DNA of 64,000 bases from Candidatus Limnocylindrales bacterium (GTDB lineage Bacteria > Moduliflexota > Moduliflexia > Moduliflexales > JAUQPW01): positions 62,001 to 126,000 of the forward strand of contig DATMBG010000042.1 in NCBI GenBank assembly GCA_035559535.1, given 5' to 3'. The position numbers and the translations under genes are program-made. Every line of letters begins with the position of its first letter. Position 1 is the first letter of the stretch. The notes below the pieces were generated by a model that made no database searches, was not told the origin of the DNA, and saw only the letters and a list, made by a program, of their open reading frames with translations. Positions 27,266 to 37,302 of the stretch are shown in pieces.

Positions 27266-27619
27266 TTACTCCCACTCCAGAGCTCCTTTCTTCCAGGCAT
27301 AAACGAGTCCGGCCACTAACATGAGGAGAAAGACGATCATCTCGACAAAACCAAATACACCCAGTTCACGAAACACCGTTGCCCAGGGAAAAAGGAAAAT
27401 GATCTCAATATCGAAAAGGATAAAAAGTATGGCTACAATGTAGAATTTAACAGGGATCCGGACCACCGAGGTTTGAAGGGGTTGAACCCCACTTTCAAAG
27501 GGTTCCAGTTTGGCCTTGGTGAGTCTTTTGGGTCCTAAGATTGAGGTCAATAACAGAAGTCCTCCGGCAATAAGCGCGGAAAAGAGAGCCAGAATGAGGA
27601 CAGGAATGTATGTATTCAT
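27266..27619 (-). CDS. nuoA: NADH-quinone oxidoreductase subunit A
   Basis: KLEPFESG, FYIVAILFILFDIE, YAWKKGALEWE. Confidence 0.95.
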   Translation of the reverse strand: MNTYIPVLILALFSALIAGGLLLLTSILGPKRLTKAKLEPFESGVQPLQTSVVRIPVKFYIVAILFILFDIEIIFLFPWATVFRELGVFGFVEMIVFLLMLVAGLVYAWKKGALEWE

Positions 27620-27628
27620 CAGAAAGAG

Positions 27629-27800
27629 GTATAGGAGTGTGGAGGTGGGGGATATGGGGGTATGGGAGTGTGGGGGTGGAGGAGTATGGAAGTGTGGAGG
27701 CGTGGAAGTATGTGAGAATTTACCTCCATACCCCCTCCCTCCCTACTCCTATGCTCCCATGCTCTCACACTTCCATACCCCCCCACCTCCACACTCTTAT
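27629..27800. repeat. 8-nt-periodic G-rich/C-rich inverted repeat; related tracts at 27165-27262, 30948-31016, 34645-34725, 51292-51403 and 55331-55373
   Basis: Arrays of gtatggga/gtgtggag followed by complementary cccatact/ccacactt units. Confidence 0.8.
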
Positions 27801-27804
27801 TCCC

Positions 27805-28362
27805 TTAGGGTTCCCAGATCGTTTCCGGTTGACCGGCTCGTTGGTTAACCAGGCGAGCCAGGACGAAAAGCAAATCTGAAAGTCGGTTTAGATACTTAAT
27901 GATTTCCTTATTGATGTCGTGGTTCTGTGCCAGGGTCACCACGCGACGCTCCGCCCGGCGGGAGACCGTTCTGGCAAAATGGAGGTAGGCCGCGCCGGGA
28001 GTCCCACCCGGTAAGATAAAGCGGGTCAAGGGAACCAGTTCCGCTTCGCATTGATCGATCCATTCTTCTAATCGGGTTATCTGTTCCGGTACAATACGGG
28101 GTATGGGTTTTCGAGCTTCCAGCTTTGGTTGGTTAAAGGGAGTTGCCAGATCCGCACCTACCTTAAATAGTTCCGATTGAATGTTCTCCAGGATATTTCG
28201 AATTTGGGTATCGGTTATAAAGGATACGGCCAGTCCCAAAACCGAATTAAGCTCATCTACGGTTCCGTAGGCTTCCACATAGGGGGAATCTTTCAGAACA
28301 CGTTCCCCACCGAATAAACCTGTTTCCCCTTTATCTCCGGTTCGTGTGTAGATTTTCATCAT
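27805..28362 (-). CDS. Cob(I)alamin adenosyltransferase, PduO type
   Basis: [40 protein letters not shown]. Confidence 0.95.
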   Translation of the reverse strand: MMKIYTRTGDKGETGLFGGERVLKDSPYVEAYGTVDELNSVLGLAVSFITDTQIRNILENIQSELFKVGADLATPFNQPKLEARKPIPRIVPEQITRLEEWIDQCEAELVPLTRFILPGGTPGAAYLHFARTVSRRAERRVVTLAQNHDINKEIIKYLNRLSDLLFVLARLVNQRAGQPETIWEP

Positions 28363-29252
28363 GGGATTTTAATGTCCAACAACTCCCGGTGTTGGTTGAC
28401 CTGCTCATCGGCATGATAGGAGCTTCTAACAAGAGGACCGGATTCCACATGCCGGAATCCCATCTCTTCCCCTCGAGCTTTTAGCATTTTGAACTCATCC
28501 GGGTGGTAGTATCGAACAACCGGGAGATGTTGTTGGGAGGGTTGGAGGTATTGACCTAAGGTTAAAATGTCACACTGCACCCCACGTAAATCTGACATCA
28601 CCGCATAAACTTCTTCGATGGTTTCTCCGAGGCCCAGCATAATTCCAGTTTTGGTTACAAACCCCTGGGTTTTGGCCCTTCTTAACACCTCCAGGCTCTG
28701 TTGATAGTTCGCCTGAGGCCGAACTTTACGATATAATCGAGGAACCGTCTCGACGTTATGAGCTAAGATATCCGGCCTGGCCGCTAAAACGGTCATCAAA
28801 GCTTCTTCAGAGCCTTTAAAATCAGGTATCAAAACCTCAAGGGTGCAGGTCGGGTTTGCCTGTCGAACCCGGCGAATGGTCTCGGCCCAGATAGAAGAAC
28901 CTCCATCCTTCAGTTCATCCCGATTAACCGAGGTTATCACCACATGCTTCAGTCCAAGTTTACGAATTGCCTCGGCGACCCGCCGGGGTTCGTCCCAGTC
29001 TACTCCCAGCGGTCGACCGGTCGGTACATCACAAAAACCGCAACTCCGGGTGCAAATATTCCCCAGAAGCATAAAGGTAGCAGTTCTCCGATTCCAACAT
29101 TCCCCAATATTGGGACAGCTGGCACTCTCACAAACCGTGTGGAGCTTGTGGTCTCGAACCAGCTTTTTAAGCTCAAAGAAATTTTCACCTTGAGGCATCC
29201 GAACCTTGAGCCAGGGTGGATGCTTCCTTGCTTTAGGTGGACTTATTTCCAT
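28359..29252 (-). CDS. lipA: Lipoyl synthase
   Basis: [24 protein letters not shown]. Confidence 0.98.
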   Translation of the reverse strand: MEISPPKARKHPPWLKVRMPQGENFFELKKLVRDHKLHTVCESASCPNIGECWNRRTATFMLLGNICTRSCGFCDVPTGRPLGVDWDEPRRVAEAIRKLGLKHVVITSVNRDELKDGGSSIWAETIRRVRQANPTCTLEVLIPDFKGSEEALMTVLAARPDILAHNVETVPRLYRKVRPQANYQQSLEVLRRAKTQGFVTKTGIMLGLGETIEEVYAVMSDLRGVQCDILTLGQYLQPSQQHLPVVRYYHPDEFKMLKARGEEMGFRHVESGPLVRSSYHADEQVNQHRELLDIKIP

Positions 29253-29357
29253 ACTTTCTCAACCTTTAGTAGGTCAACCGTCACCGGTTGATAATCCATA
29301 AGTAACAATCAGCGATTAACAGTTTTTGTTTATTGTTCATTGCTGACTGTTTACCGC

Positions 29358-30044
29358 TTAGGATTCGTAGTATTCCGGGTACTCGCGTTCGGCAATTTTA
29401 CCCGGTTCAATAGGGTTTATCAACAAATTCAGGGCATCTTTAATAACCTTCTTGTGAAGTTCCTTCTGTCCGGGTTTACCGACCGAGTGCCCTATTTTAA
29501 ATCCCTTGGGACTAAGGGCCCTGGAAGGCCTTCCCATATGTGTCTGCTCTTTATCCGTTGTGATTAAAACCGATGGAATGGCCATCATTTCCAAAGCCCG
29601 CTGAATCGACACAACTGCGCGATGGCATAAAGGTCACCCGCCCGTCATCAGGGTAATATCGGCCCGGCTATTCTGGATCTGCTTGACAATTTCTGGAATG
29701 GTTTTCTCACGGACCTCTCTAAAAGCCTGGGTATAGCCCATGCTGATATGAATTTCAGAAACCGCACCGATAAATTTTTCCTGGGCCAGTTCTCTCAGGC
29801 GATCTATAGGGAAAACGCAGTTAATATCCTTATCTGCATCGGAATGGTCGTAGTGTCCGTGGGTGATCCTGAGATCTCGGCTTTCTACATTTCCTGGAAT
29901 TATACGAAAACTTGTATCTCCATCTAAAATAAAAGGAGGCTGGTCTTTCAAATGCACACCGGCCGTACTGACCAGTGCCACTTTACTTTCTTCAAGCTTA
30001 CCGGTAAAGGGTGTGTAAGGAATACACAAACGGGAGATTTCCAT
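29358..30044 (-). CDS. prdB: Selenoprotein B of the glycine/betaine/sarcosine/D-proline reductase family (PrdB-like), 228 aa, Sec at codon 137
   Basis: ORFs 29634..30044 and 29358..29612 are in frame across TGA 29634-29636: TGG-U-PLCHRAVVSIQRALE; VALVSTAGVH, GDTSFR, HGHYDH, DINCVFPIDRL. Confidence 0.9.
29605..29623 (-). promoter_or_regulatory. Putative bacterial SECIS hairpin
   Basis: AUCG-CGC-AGUU-GUG-U-CGAU; loop starts after a 17-nt spacer from the UGA, has G at loop position 2, and the stem has a bulged U. Confidence 0.6.
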
Positions 30045-30119
30045 TTCTTTTAAAGTGGGTAGTAAGCAACAGGTTATAAACCTCTGCCCTTTGGCGCTTA
30101 TCTTTTTAATATCCCTTGC

Positions 30120-30941
30120 TTAGCGCCCACCTGCCCTTTGCCTGAGTTTCTCAACAAAACTATAAGGGATCGCCCGCATACCCATGGGGGTACCGCCACC
30201 TCGCTCCCCGTGATAATCGGAACCTCCACTTTCCAGGAGATGGTATCTTTGGGCCAGTCTGGCATAATGTTGAGGATCTCCCGGGAAGTTTTGAGGAGGG
30301 ATCGTTTCAATCCCATCCAGTCCTTTTTTTGCCAATTCCGGAATTATTCCATCCTGGTTATAGCAGCCGGGATGGGCCAATACCGAGACCCCTCCAATGG
30401 ATTGAATCAAAGCTATTCCTTCTTCGGGACTTAGGGGATACTTTTCTGCAAAGATCGGTCCCTGATCTCCGAGATATTTTTGAAAGGCTTCTTCATAGGA
30501 GGTTACATAACCCTCCTCGACCAGGACCTCGGCGATATGCGGTCGGCCAACCACTCCAGATCCTGCTTTTGTCAGAACCGATTCGATTCGAATCGGAAGA
30601 CCCTTCCGATTGAGTTGGGCAATCATTTTTTCTACCCTTCGGATCCTTCCGATTTTGAAAAGTTCCAGATAGTCCAGGAATTTCTGATCCTTATAATCGA
30701 TAAAGTATCCGAGTATATGGATATCCTTACCTTGATAGGTAACACTCAGCTCTACCCCGGGTATTACCTCGATTCCCAGTTCCTTGGCAACAGCCATGGC
30801 CGGATCAATACCACTTACGGTATCATGGTCGGTGATGCTGATGGCCTTCAAATTAGCCAACTTGGCTCGTTTTACAACCTCCTCAGGCGTGGAAGTTCCG
30901 TCCGAATGGACGGTATGTACATGTAAATCTGCCAGTTCCAA
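30120..30941 (-). CDS. PHP domain phosphoesterase (TrpH/YciV-like)
   Basis: DLHVHTVHSDG, ITDHD, GVE, HILGY, GRPH, LAHP, GGSDYHG. Confidence 0.93.
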   Translation of the reverse strand: MELADLHVHTVHSDGTSTPEEVVKRAKLANLKAISITDHDTVSGIDPAMAVAKELGIEVIPGVELSVTYQGKDIHILGYFIDYKDQKFLDYLELFKIGRIRRVEKMIAQLNRKGLPIRIESVLTKAGSGVVGRPHIAEVLVEEGYVTSYEEAFQKYLGDQGPIFAEKYPLSPEEGIALIQSIGGVSVLAHPGCYNQDGIIPELAKKGLDGIETIPPQNFPGDPQHYARLAQRYHLLESGGSDYHGERGGGTPMGMRAIPYSFVEKLRQRAGGR

Positions 30942-31064
30942 CAGGAAAGTATGGGAGTATGGAAGTAGGAGCGTGTGGGAGGTAGAGTCTCCCCTCCCCC
31001 TCCCCTACTTCCACACGTTTCGTGGACCTTTACCCACTGCCTATCACCCGGTGGTTTCCGTTTT

Positions 31065-32522
31065 TTACACGGCGAGCGTCATGGGATTTTCCAGAATTTT
31101 CTTCAATTCCTGTAAAAACTTGGCGGCGGTGGCGCCATCGGTAACCCGATGATCGCAGGATAGGGTCACTTTCATACGATGGCCGACTCGAATTTGGCCT
31201 TCCACCACCACCGGTTTTTCCTGGATCGAGCCGACGGCCAAGATAGCCCCTTCCGGGGGGTTAATAATTGCAGCAAAGTTCTCCACATCGTACATACCCA
31301 GATTGGAGATGGTAAAGGTACTACCGGTATATTCTTCGGGTTTTAATTTTTTCGATCGAGCCTTTTCGGCCAGATCTTTGGCTTCTCGGGCAATTTGCCC
31401 CAGGCTTTTAACCTCGCAATTTCGGATCACCGGGGTTATTAATCCATCTTCCAGAGCGACCGCTACACCGATATGGATTCCTTTATAAACTCTGATCTTA
31501 TCGCCTGCAAAGGAAGCATTCAATTGGGGATATTTCATAAGGGCTTTGGCTACGGCTTTAATAATCAGGTCGTTAAAGCTGATTTTAAGGTCTTCTTCCA
31601 GCTCGTTGACTAATTTGCGAAATTCCATCGCCTTCCCCATATCGATTTCTGATGTGATATAAAAATGGGGGACAGGCCCTTTGCTTTCGGCCATTCGTCT
31701 GGCGATGGTTTTTCGCATCATAGTCAACTCTTTTTCTTCGAATTCCGCAGGTGCAGGGGCAACCGGTACTTCGGGGGTAACTTCTATTTTTCCAGGCACC
31801 CATCGCGGTGGACGTTCTGGCTCATAAGAAGGTATTTTTTCGGCCCTTTCCATAAACATCTCGATATCCCGTTTGATCACCCGACCCAGGGGGCCACTTC
31901 CCTTTATTTGAGAAAGATCGAGTCCTAAGTTCTTGGCCATTCTTCGAGCCATGGGGGAAGCTTTAACATGTTCTGGCTCTTCTTCCATTTCCGTCAGTTC
32001 TTCAGCACTTCCAACTTCAGGTTTTTTAGCGGCTTCCATCTCGTCCGCTCTTCCCCCCTTCATTACTTCGAGGTGGCGTTTTTTCTCCCGTTCCCCTTCT
32101 TTGATTTTTTCTGGCTCTTCAAATTCTTCGGCCTCTTTAACTTGTGTTCTTTTCTCCTGCCTGGTCTCTACCACCTCGGCAGGTTTTTCAATTTCTCCAG
32201 CACCTCTCCTCGGGGTAGGACTTTCAGCTTTTCCGGCTTCTTTCTGCCCTTCTCCTCCGGGAAGTAAGCTGGAGATATCCTCATGGGGTTCTGCAATAAT
32301 TGCAATCAACTCCCCCACCGGAGCGGATTCCCCTTCCTTTTTAAGGATCTTTTTTAAAATCCCTGAGGCGTAGGCTTCCATTTCTAGATTGGCTTTATCT
32401 GTCTCGATCTCAGCGATGACGTCCCCGCTCTGAACTTTGTCCCCTTCTTTCTTCAGCCACTTGACAATCACCCCTTCCTGCATCGTATCGCTGAGTTTAG
32501 GCATTGTAACTTTACTTGCCAT
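31065..32522 (-). CDS. pdhC: Pyruvate dehydrogenase E2, dihydrolipoamide acetyltransferase
   Basis: One lipoyl domain (ETDKA), binding domain ASPMARR...GSGPLGRV, DHRVTDG. Confidence 0.96.
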   Translation of the reverse strand: MASKVTMPKLSDTMQEGVIVKWLKKEGDKVQSGDVIAEIETDKANLEMEAYASGILKKILKKEGESAPVGELIAIIAEPHEDISSLLPGGEGQKEAGKAESPTPRRGAGEIEKPAEVVETRQEKRTQVKEAEEFEEPEKIKEGEREKKRHLEVMKGGRADEMEAAKKPEVGSAEELTEMEEEPEHVKASPMARRMAKNLGLDLSQIKGSGPLGRVIKRDIEMFMERAEKIPSYEPERPPRWVPGKIEVTPEVPVAPAPAEFEEKELTMMRKTIARRMAESKGPVPHFYITSEIDMGKAMEFRKLVNELEEDLKISFNDLIIKAVAKALMKYPQLNASFAGDKIRVYKGIHIGVAVALEDGLITPVIRNCEVKSLGQIAREAKDLAEKARSKKLKPEEYTGSTFTISNLGMYDVENFAAIINPPEGAILAVGSIQEKPVVVEGQIRVGHRMKVTLSCDHRVTDGATAAKFLQELKKILENPMTLAV

Positions 32523-32605
32523 GTTTCTAGAGACCGGAGGCCGGAGGCTGGGGGTTTGTAAAGACTCCGATCCCCGACCTCAAGCCCCAAGTCTCAAGAT
32601 ATCTT

Positions 32606-33586
32606 TTAGTCAAAGTATAAGACCTTTTTGACGGCTTCTATAACCCTCGCTTTATTGGGTATAGTGGCCATTTCTAAATTCTTCGCATAGGGCATGGGAA
32701 CGTTTCTCGCTGCTACCCGCTCGATGGGAGCATCAATATAGTCAAAAGCCTTACGGTAGATAATCTCCGCAATCTGAGCCCCAAATCCTCCAAATTCCCA
32801 ACCTTCTTCAACAATCACCGCCCGGTTGGTTTTACGAACCGAGTTAAGAATTGTGGTTTCATCCAAGGGCCTCAAAGTCCGGGGATCTACAATTTCTACC
32901 TCAATACCCTCTTTAGCCAATTCTTCAGCCGCCTCCATAGCCAGGAGGACCATTTTGGAATAAGCTATAATGGTTACATCGCTCCCTTTTCTTTTGATAT
33001 CGGCTTTTCCAAGGGGAATGGTGTATTCTCCTTCAGGAACTTCCCCTTTCGTACCGTATAACAACTCCCCTTCGATAAAAATAACGGGATTATCATCCCG
33101 GATGGCACTTTTAAGTAAGCCTTTGGCGTCCTTAGGGACACCCGGCATAACGACTTTGAGTCCCGGGACATAACAAAACCAGGTTTCCAGGGAGTGGGAA
33201 TGCTGGGCTGCCAGTGAATGGGCAGCTCCTCCAGGGCCTCGGATCACCATGGGGATCTTAAACTGTCCTCCCGACATGTATCGAATCTTAGCCGCACTGT
33301 TTACAATCTGATCCATGGCCACGATAGAGAAATTAAAGGTCATCATTTCGATGACTGGTCTCAATCCTACCATAGCTGCACCGACTCCTACCCCGGTAAA
33401 GGCCTCTTCGGTGATAGGGGTGTCAATGACCCTTTTTTCTCCAAATTCTTCTAGTAAACCCTGGCTGACTTTATAGGCTCCTTGATAGAGACCTACCTCC
33501 TCTCCCATGAGAAAAACCCTTTCATCTCGACGCATTTCCTCTCGAAGAGCCTGGTTGAGTGCTTCTCGATAAGTTATAACCGGCAT
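32606..33586 (-). CDS. pdhB: Pyruvate dehydrogenase E1 beta subunit
   Basis: YREAL, GEEV, DTPITE, AAQHS, DPRTLRPLD; start reset to MPVIT. Confidence 0.96.
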   Translation of the reverse strand: MPVITYREALNQALREEMRRDERVFLMGEEVGLYQGAYKVSQGLLEEFGEKRVIDTPITEEAFTGVGVGAAMVGLRPVIEMMTFNFSIVAMDQIVNSAAKIRYMSGGQFKIPMVIRGPGGAAHSLAAQHSHSLETWFCYVPGLKVVMPGVPKDAKGLLKSAIRDDNPVIFIEGELLYGTKGEVPEGEYTIPLGKADIKRKGSDVTIIAYSKMVLLAMEAAEELAKEGIEVEIVDPRTLRPLDETTILNSVRKTNRAVIVEEGWEFGGFGAQIAEIIYRKAFDYIDAPIERVAARNVPMPYAKNLEMATIPNKARVIEAVKKVLYFD

Positions 33587-33661
33587 GTGGAAATACTCAG
33601 GCGTAAGGCGAAAGGTCAAGGAAACTTTTCCTTTCACCCTTCGCCTTGTCCCTTTCGCCTT

Positions 33662-34615
33662 TTAGGCGTAAACATCCTCATACAACCATTCTTCAGGTGG
33701 TTCCGGACTCTTTTCCGCAAACTCTACAGCTTCCTCCACGATGGCTTTAATCTCTTTTTCCATTTCTTCAAACTTCTCTTCGGAAAGAATCCCTTCCGCG
33801 ATGAGTTTCTGCTTAAAGGTGACAATAGGATCTCGTTTCCTTTGTTCGTTAACTTCCTCTTTTGTTCGATATTGAGCAGGATCCGACATGGAATGTCCCC
33901 GGAAGCGGTAGGTTCTAACTTCCAGAAAAGTAGGTATTTTTTCATGTCGGGCCCGTTCTACGGCTTTACCAACCTTCTCCCAAACCTCTAATACGTTCAT
34001 TCCATCCACAAGCTCGCCGGGAATATCGTAGGCTTTGGCCTTCAAGTACATCTCCGGACCGGCCATGGCACGGGTTACTGCAGTTCCCATTCCATAGAAG
34101 TTATTTTCACAGATGTAAATGACGGGAAGCTTCCACAAAGACGCTAAATTCAGAGATTCATGGAAAACTCCTGTATTTACAGCTCCATCTCCAAAAAAGC
34201 ACAACACAACCTGATCCTTCCCCTCGTAGTTGATAGCAAAGCCAACGCCTGTAGCCAGAGGAATATGTCCTCCTACGATGGCATGTCCCCCCAGGAAGTT
34301 TCTTTCCGCATCAAAAAGATGCATGGATCCACCCTTTCCACGTGAAATTCCCGTGGCCTTTCCAAAGAGCTCGGCCATGATCTTTCGAGGTTCGGTTCCT
34401 ATCGCCAAAGCATGTCCATGCTCCCGGTAAGAAGCTATCACATAATCATCCTTTCGAATGGCCGCAATAGCACCCACTGCTACCGCTTCTTGACCAATAT
34501 AGAGATGGCAAAATCCACCAATTTTACCCATCATATACATCTCTGCGGCTTTTTCTTCAAACCGCCGGATGAGTAACATCTGACGATACATTTCAATTAA
34601 TTTTTCACTGTCCAT
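33662..34615 (-). CDS. pdhA: Pyruvate dehydrogenase E1 alpha subunit
   Basis: GGFCHLYIGQEA, GKGGSMH, GDGA...ENN, YRFRGHSMSDP. Confidence 0.97.
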   Translation of the reverse strand: MDSEKLIEMYRQMLLIRRFEEKAAEMYMMGKIGGFCHLYIGQEAVAVGAIAAIRKDDYVIASYREHGHALAIGTEPRKIMAELFGKATGISRGKGGSMHLFDAERNFLGGHAIVGGHIPLATGVGFAINYEGKDQVVLCFFGDGAVNTGVFHESLNLASLWKLPVIYICENNFYGMGTAVTRAMAGPEMYLKAKAYDIPGELVDGMNVLEVWEKVGKAVERARHEKIPTFLEVRTYRFRGHSMSDPAQYRTKEEVNEQRKRDPIVTFKQKLIAEGILSEEKFEEMEKEIKAIVEEAVEFAEKSPEPPEEWLYEDVYA

Positions 34616-34877
34616 ATGCGTTCTATGTTGCTAAGATTGAGGGTTGTTGGTGGGATGGTGTGGTAGGGGAGCGGTGGGGTAGTGTTCCCATCCCATAACC
34701 CCACAACCCCATAACCCCACAACCTCACTGACTACCCGCTACTGCCAGAACCGCATCCATAATCCTGGTATATCCTGGGCCGAGGCCTTATTTAAAGTAC
34801 TCAATTTTTCTTGAATAATGACCTGATCTATCCATGTCCCTATCTAAAGGGACCACTCCTGATCTTTCTTACTTATT

Positions 34878-35066
34878 CTATGGGATATAGTTTAATTCAG
34901 AAACCTTTGTTAAATCAAGGAAGTAATCGGAGTTCAGAGCCTTTCTTCCCATGGGTAATCCTAAATCCATTCCACCGACTAAAGCCTTCACATGCCGGGG
35001 AGACATATCCGGCAGGGAGAAAATCTCTTGAATCCTGTTAGATCGCAGGTATTGAAAATTTTTCAA
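34878..35066 (-). pseudogene. N-terminal relic of a xanthine/CO dehydrogenase-family FAD-binding subunit
   Basis: MKNFQYLR...VKALVGGMDLG...FLDLTKVSELNYI matches the F.Y.RP...AK.LAGGTDL...LIDL..I.EL.YI pattern; stops after 62 aa. Confidence 0.55.
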
Positions 35067-35129
35067 TGGGAACTCCCTTCCTTATCCCCCTTCCGGGGTA
35101 AATTTTTTATAACCCAACCCCTTAACCCC

Positions 35130-35362
35130 CTAGGTGCCAGGCTAAGCTGAAAAGCCCATCAGGGGCCAACAGTGGGTAGCCTCCGGCGAAAATTCGGAAG
35201 ATTCAGAAATTCAGAATTTTTTCAAGCTCCCCGGTAGTGTCCTGTTAAACAGGTCGCCTCGCTGGGACTTAGAGGAGGATAGAATCCTGCCTCCCCTGAC
35301 TTACGCCAGGGGCTATCCACAGGTTGCCCCGCCGGGGCTAACCTTCTTATCCTGGTACCTAG
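35130..35362. mobile_element. MITE/REPIN-like palindromic element
   Basis: Ends ctaggtgccaggctaag ... cttatcctggtacctag are inverted (2 mismatches), CTAG at both ends; inner pair gtgggtagcctccggcg / cgccaggggctatccac. Confidence 0.6.
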
Positions 35363-35835
35363 ACCCCCTAATCCCCTTCCCAATGCGGAAAGGGGAACAC
35401 GGGGATGGCCCGAATCCCCACTCTCCCCTCCCCCTCCAGGGAAGGGAAGTCGAAGGGGTCAGGCTCAAAAAACCTATTCCAGAAAGCCCCTTATCCCAGG
35501 ATCAACATAGGGTTAGTTCTCCATACCCTTGAACCTCGGGTCAGTATTTTATCTTATTTTTAATGGAAAAAAGGTCAATTATAATTTAACCTTTCAAGAG
35601 GTTGTGGGCCAATAAATTTTTAACCATAGGAAGGTGGGCGAAGAAGCAAAGTTTTATTTGCGGGAAATACAGGAAGTAGAGAAAGGAACAGGAAGGATCT
35701 GGCGTCGAACCCAGACCTGGTAGCAGGAATTACCTTATCCGGGATCGACTACCAGTTACATAACCCCCGAGGATTCTTTCCATAGACCTGATGAGAAAGA
35801 TACGTATTTCCTCTCATACCTGTCGAAAGACAGGA

Positions 35836-36708
35836 TCAGGTTTCTACTTTTTCTTTGACCTGATCCGGAACTTTGACCTTATACATCTTGCGAAGTCGCT
35901 GGATGGCCGCTTCCTTAATCTGTCGAACCCGTTCCCGGGAGATTCCCATCATTTTTCCGATTTCCCTTAATGTCATCGGTTCCTGACCCTCTAATCCAAA
36001 GTAAAGCTTGATCACCTGAGCCTCTCGCTCCCCTAATTTGGATAAAGAATGGTTGATAGACTCCCGGGTCATGCTTTCATCCACCATTTTATCGGGAAGA
36101 TGCCCGTCTTCATCGGATATAAAATCTATGAAACTGCTATCCTCATCGGTTGTTAAAGGGGAGTTTAAAGAGAGGTGTGGCTGAAACATGGTAACCGCCT
36201 CTCGAACCAGTTCGGGATCTATACCCATGGCTTCCGCGACTTCTTCATCATCGGGTTCACGACCCAGCTCTTGGGTTAAAGCGTTTAACTTTTCATGGAT
36301 CTTCGAAAAAGACCAGGCTCGCTTGATGGGAACCCGAACGATTTGAGATTGATCGGCGAGGGCTTTAAAGATACCTTGCTTAATCCACCAGACAGCATAG
36401 GAAATGAACCTGGCGTCTTTGGTTTGGTCGAATCTTTTAACCGCTTTAATGAGACCCATGTTCCCCTCGCTGATAAGGTCTGAAAGAGGTAATCCTAAAT
36501 GTCTATATTTTTTGGCAATACTTACTACAAACCGTAAGTTAGAAGTAATGAGTTGATTCGCAGCTACTTGATCACCCCTTTTAATTCGCTCACTCAAATT
36601 AATTTCCTCTTCTCGACTCAGAAGAGGATAATGACTGATTTCCTTAAGATATTGGTCGAGTAGAGTGGTAGAACCCGGAGAACCAACAGCTAACTCATCT
36701 TTCATCAC
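35836..36708 (-). CDS. Sigma70-family factor (RpoD/RpoS-like, lacking region 1.1)
   Basis: YLKEISHYPLLSREEE, NLRFVVSIAKKY, DLISEGNMGL, YAVWWI, TLREIG...SRERVRQI. Confidence 0.95.
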   Translation of the reverse strand: MMKDELAVGSPGSTTLLDQYLKEISHYPLLSREEEINLSERIKRGDQVAANQLITSNLRFVVSIAKKYRHLGLPLSDLISEGNMGLIKAVKRFDQTKDARFISYAVWWIKQGIFKALADQSQIVRVPIKRAWSFSKIHEKLNALTQELGREPDDEEVAEAMGIDPELVREAVTMFQPHLSLNSPLTTDEDSSFIDFISDEDGHLPDKMVDESMTRESINHSLSKLGEREAQVIKLYFGLEGQEPMTLREIGKMMGISRERVRQIKEAAIQRLRKMYKVKVPDQVKEKVET

Positions 36709-37302
36709 AACATAAGCTCCTTTGCCTATCCGATCAGTCCTCCCTACAGAGAAACTGATGATGCAAATTTCCTTAATAGGTTAATTTTTAACTTAAAAGC
36801 AAAAATAAAATTTAAATCTGAACTTTTATGATGCAGGAGCTATCTATTTGTGCTCAAATTTTCAGCAAAATTTTCTTCTCCCAATACGAAAACTTGGCAA
36901 GGTTACTCCAGCTTAGTTAACGTTTACGTAAATGTCAAGTTTTTTTAGAAATTTCTCTCCACATCTTGAGCACCAGCTGCCAACTTACCCAGGGTCGATG
37001 AGCCGATCCGAATCCAAAGATGTCTCTGTTCCTGCAAAAATAATCAAAACTTGTGCCACCCTTTTAAACCAGGGCCCGGAGGGGATAGATCTCCAGCAGG
37101 AACAAGCCTTCAGGTAAGGGAATTCACAAGGGCCAGGTCGGGGATGGAGGGTCTGATTCGGGCCAGCCTACAACCTGTCTCGAATTTACTAAAGAGCCGG
37201 GCTGTTTTATTTAGGATTCTAGAAAAACCAGAAATCAACTATTTCCAGGGGATCGCTCTGGAGAAGAAGGTTGGTCAAAATGTCAACCCTGCCTGTCAAA
37301 GT

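Noticed and set aside
27510-27879. Short ORFs over 8-mer repeats (also 51184-51507, 55344-55535, 60349-60600)
   Set aside because: They are translations of low-complexity or palindromic repeats overlapping real genes
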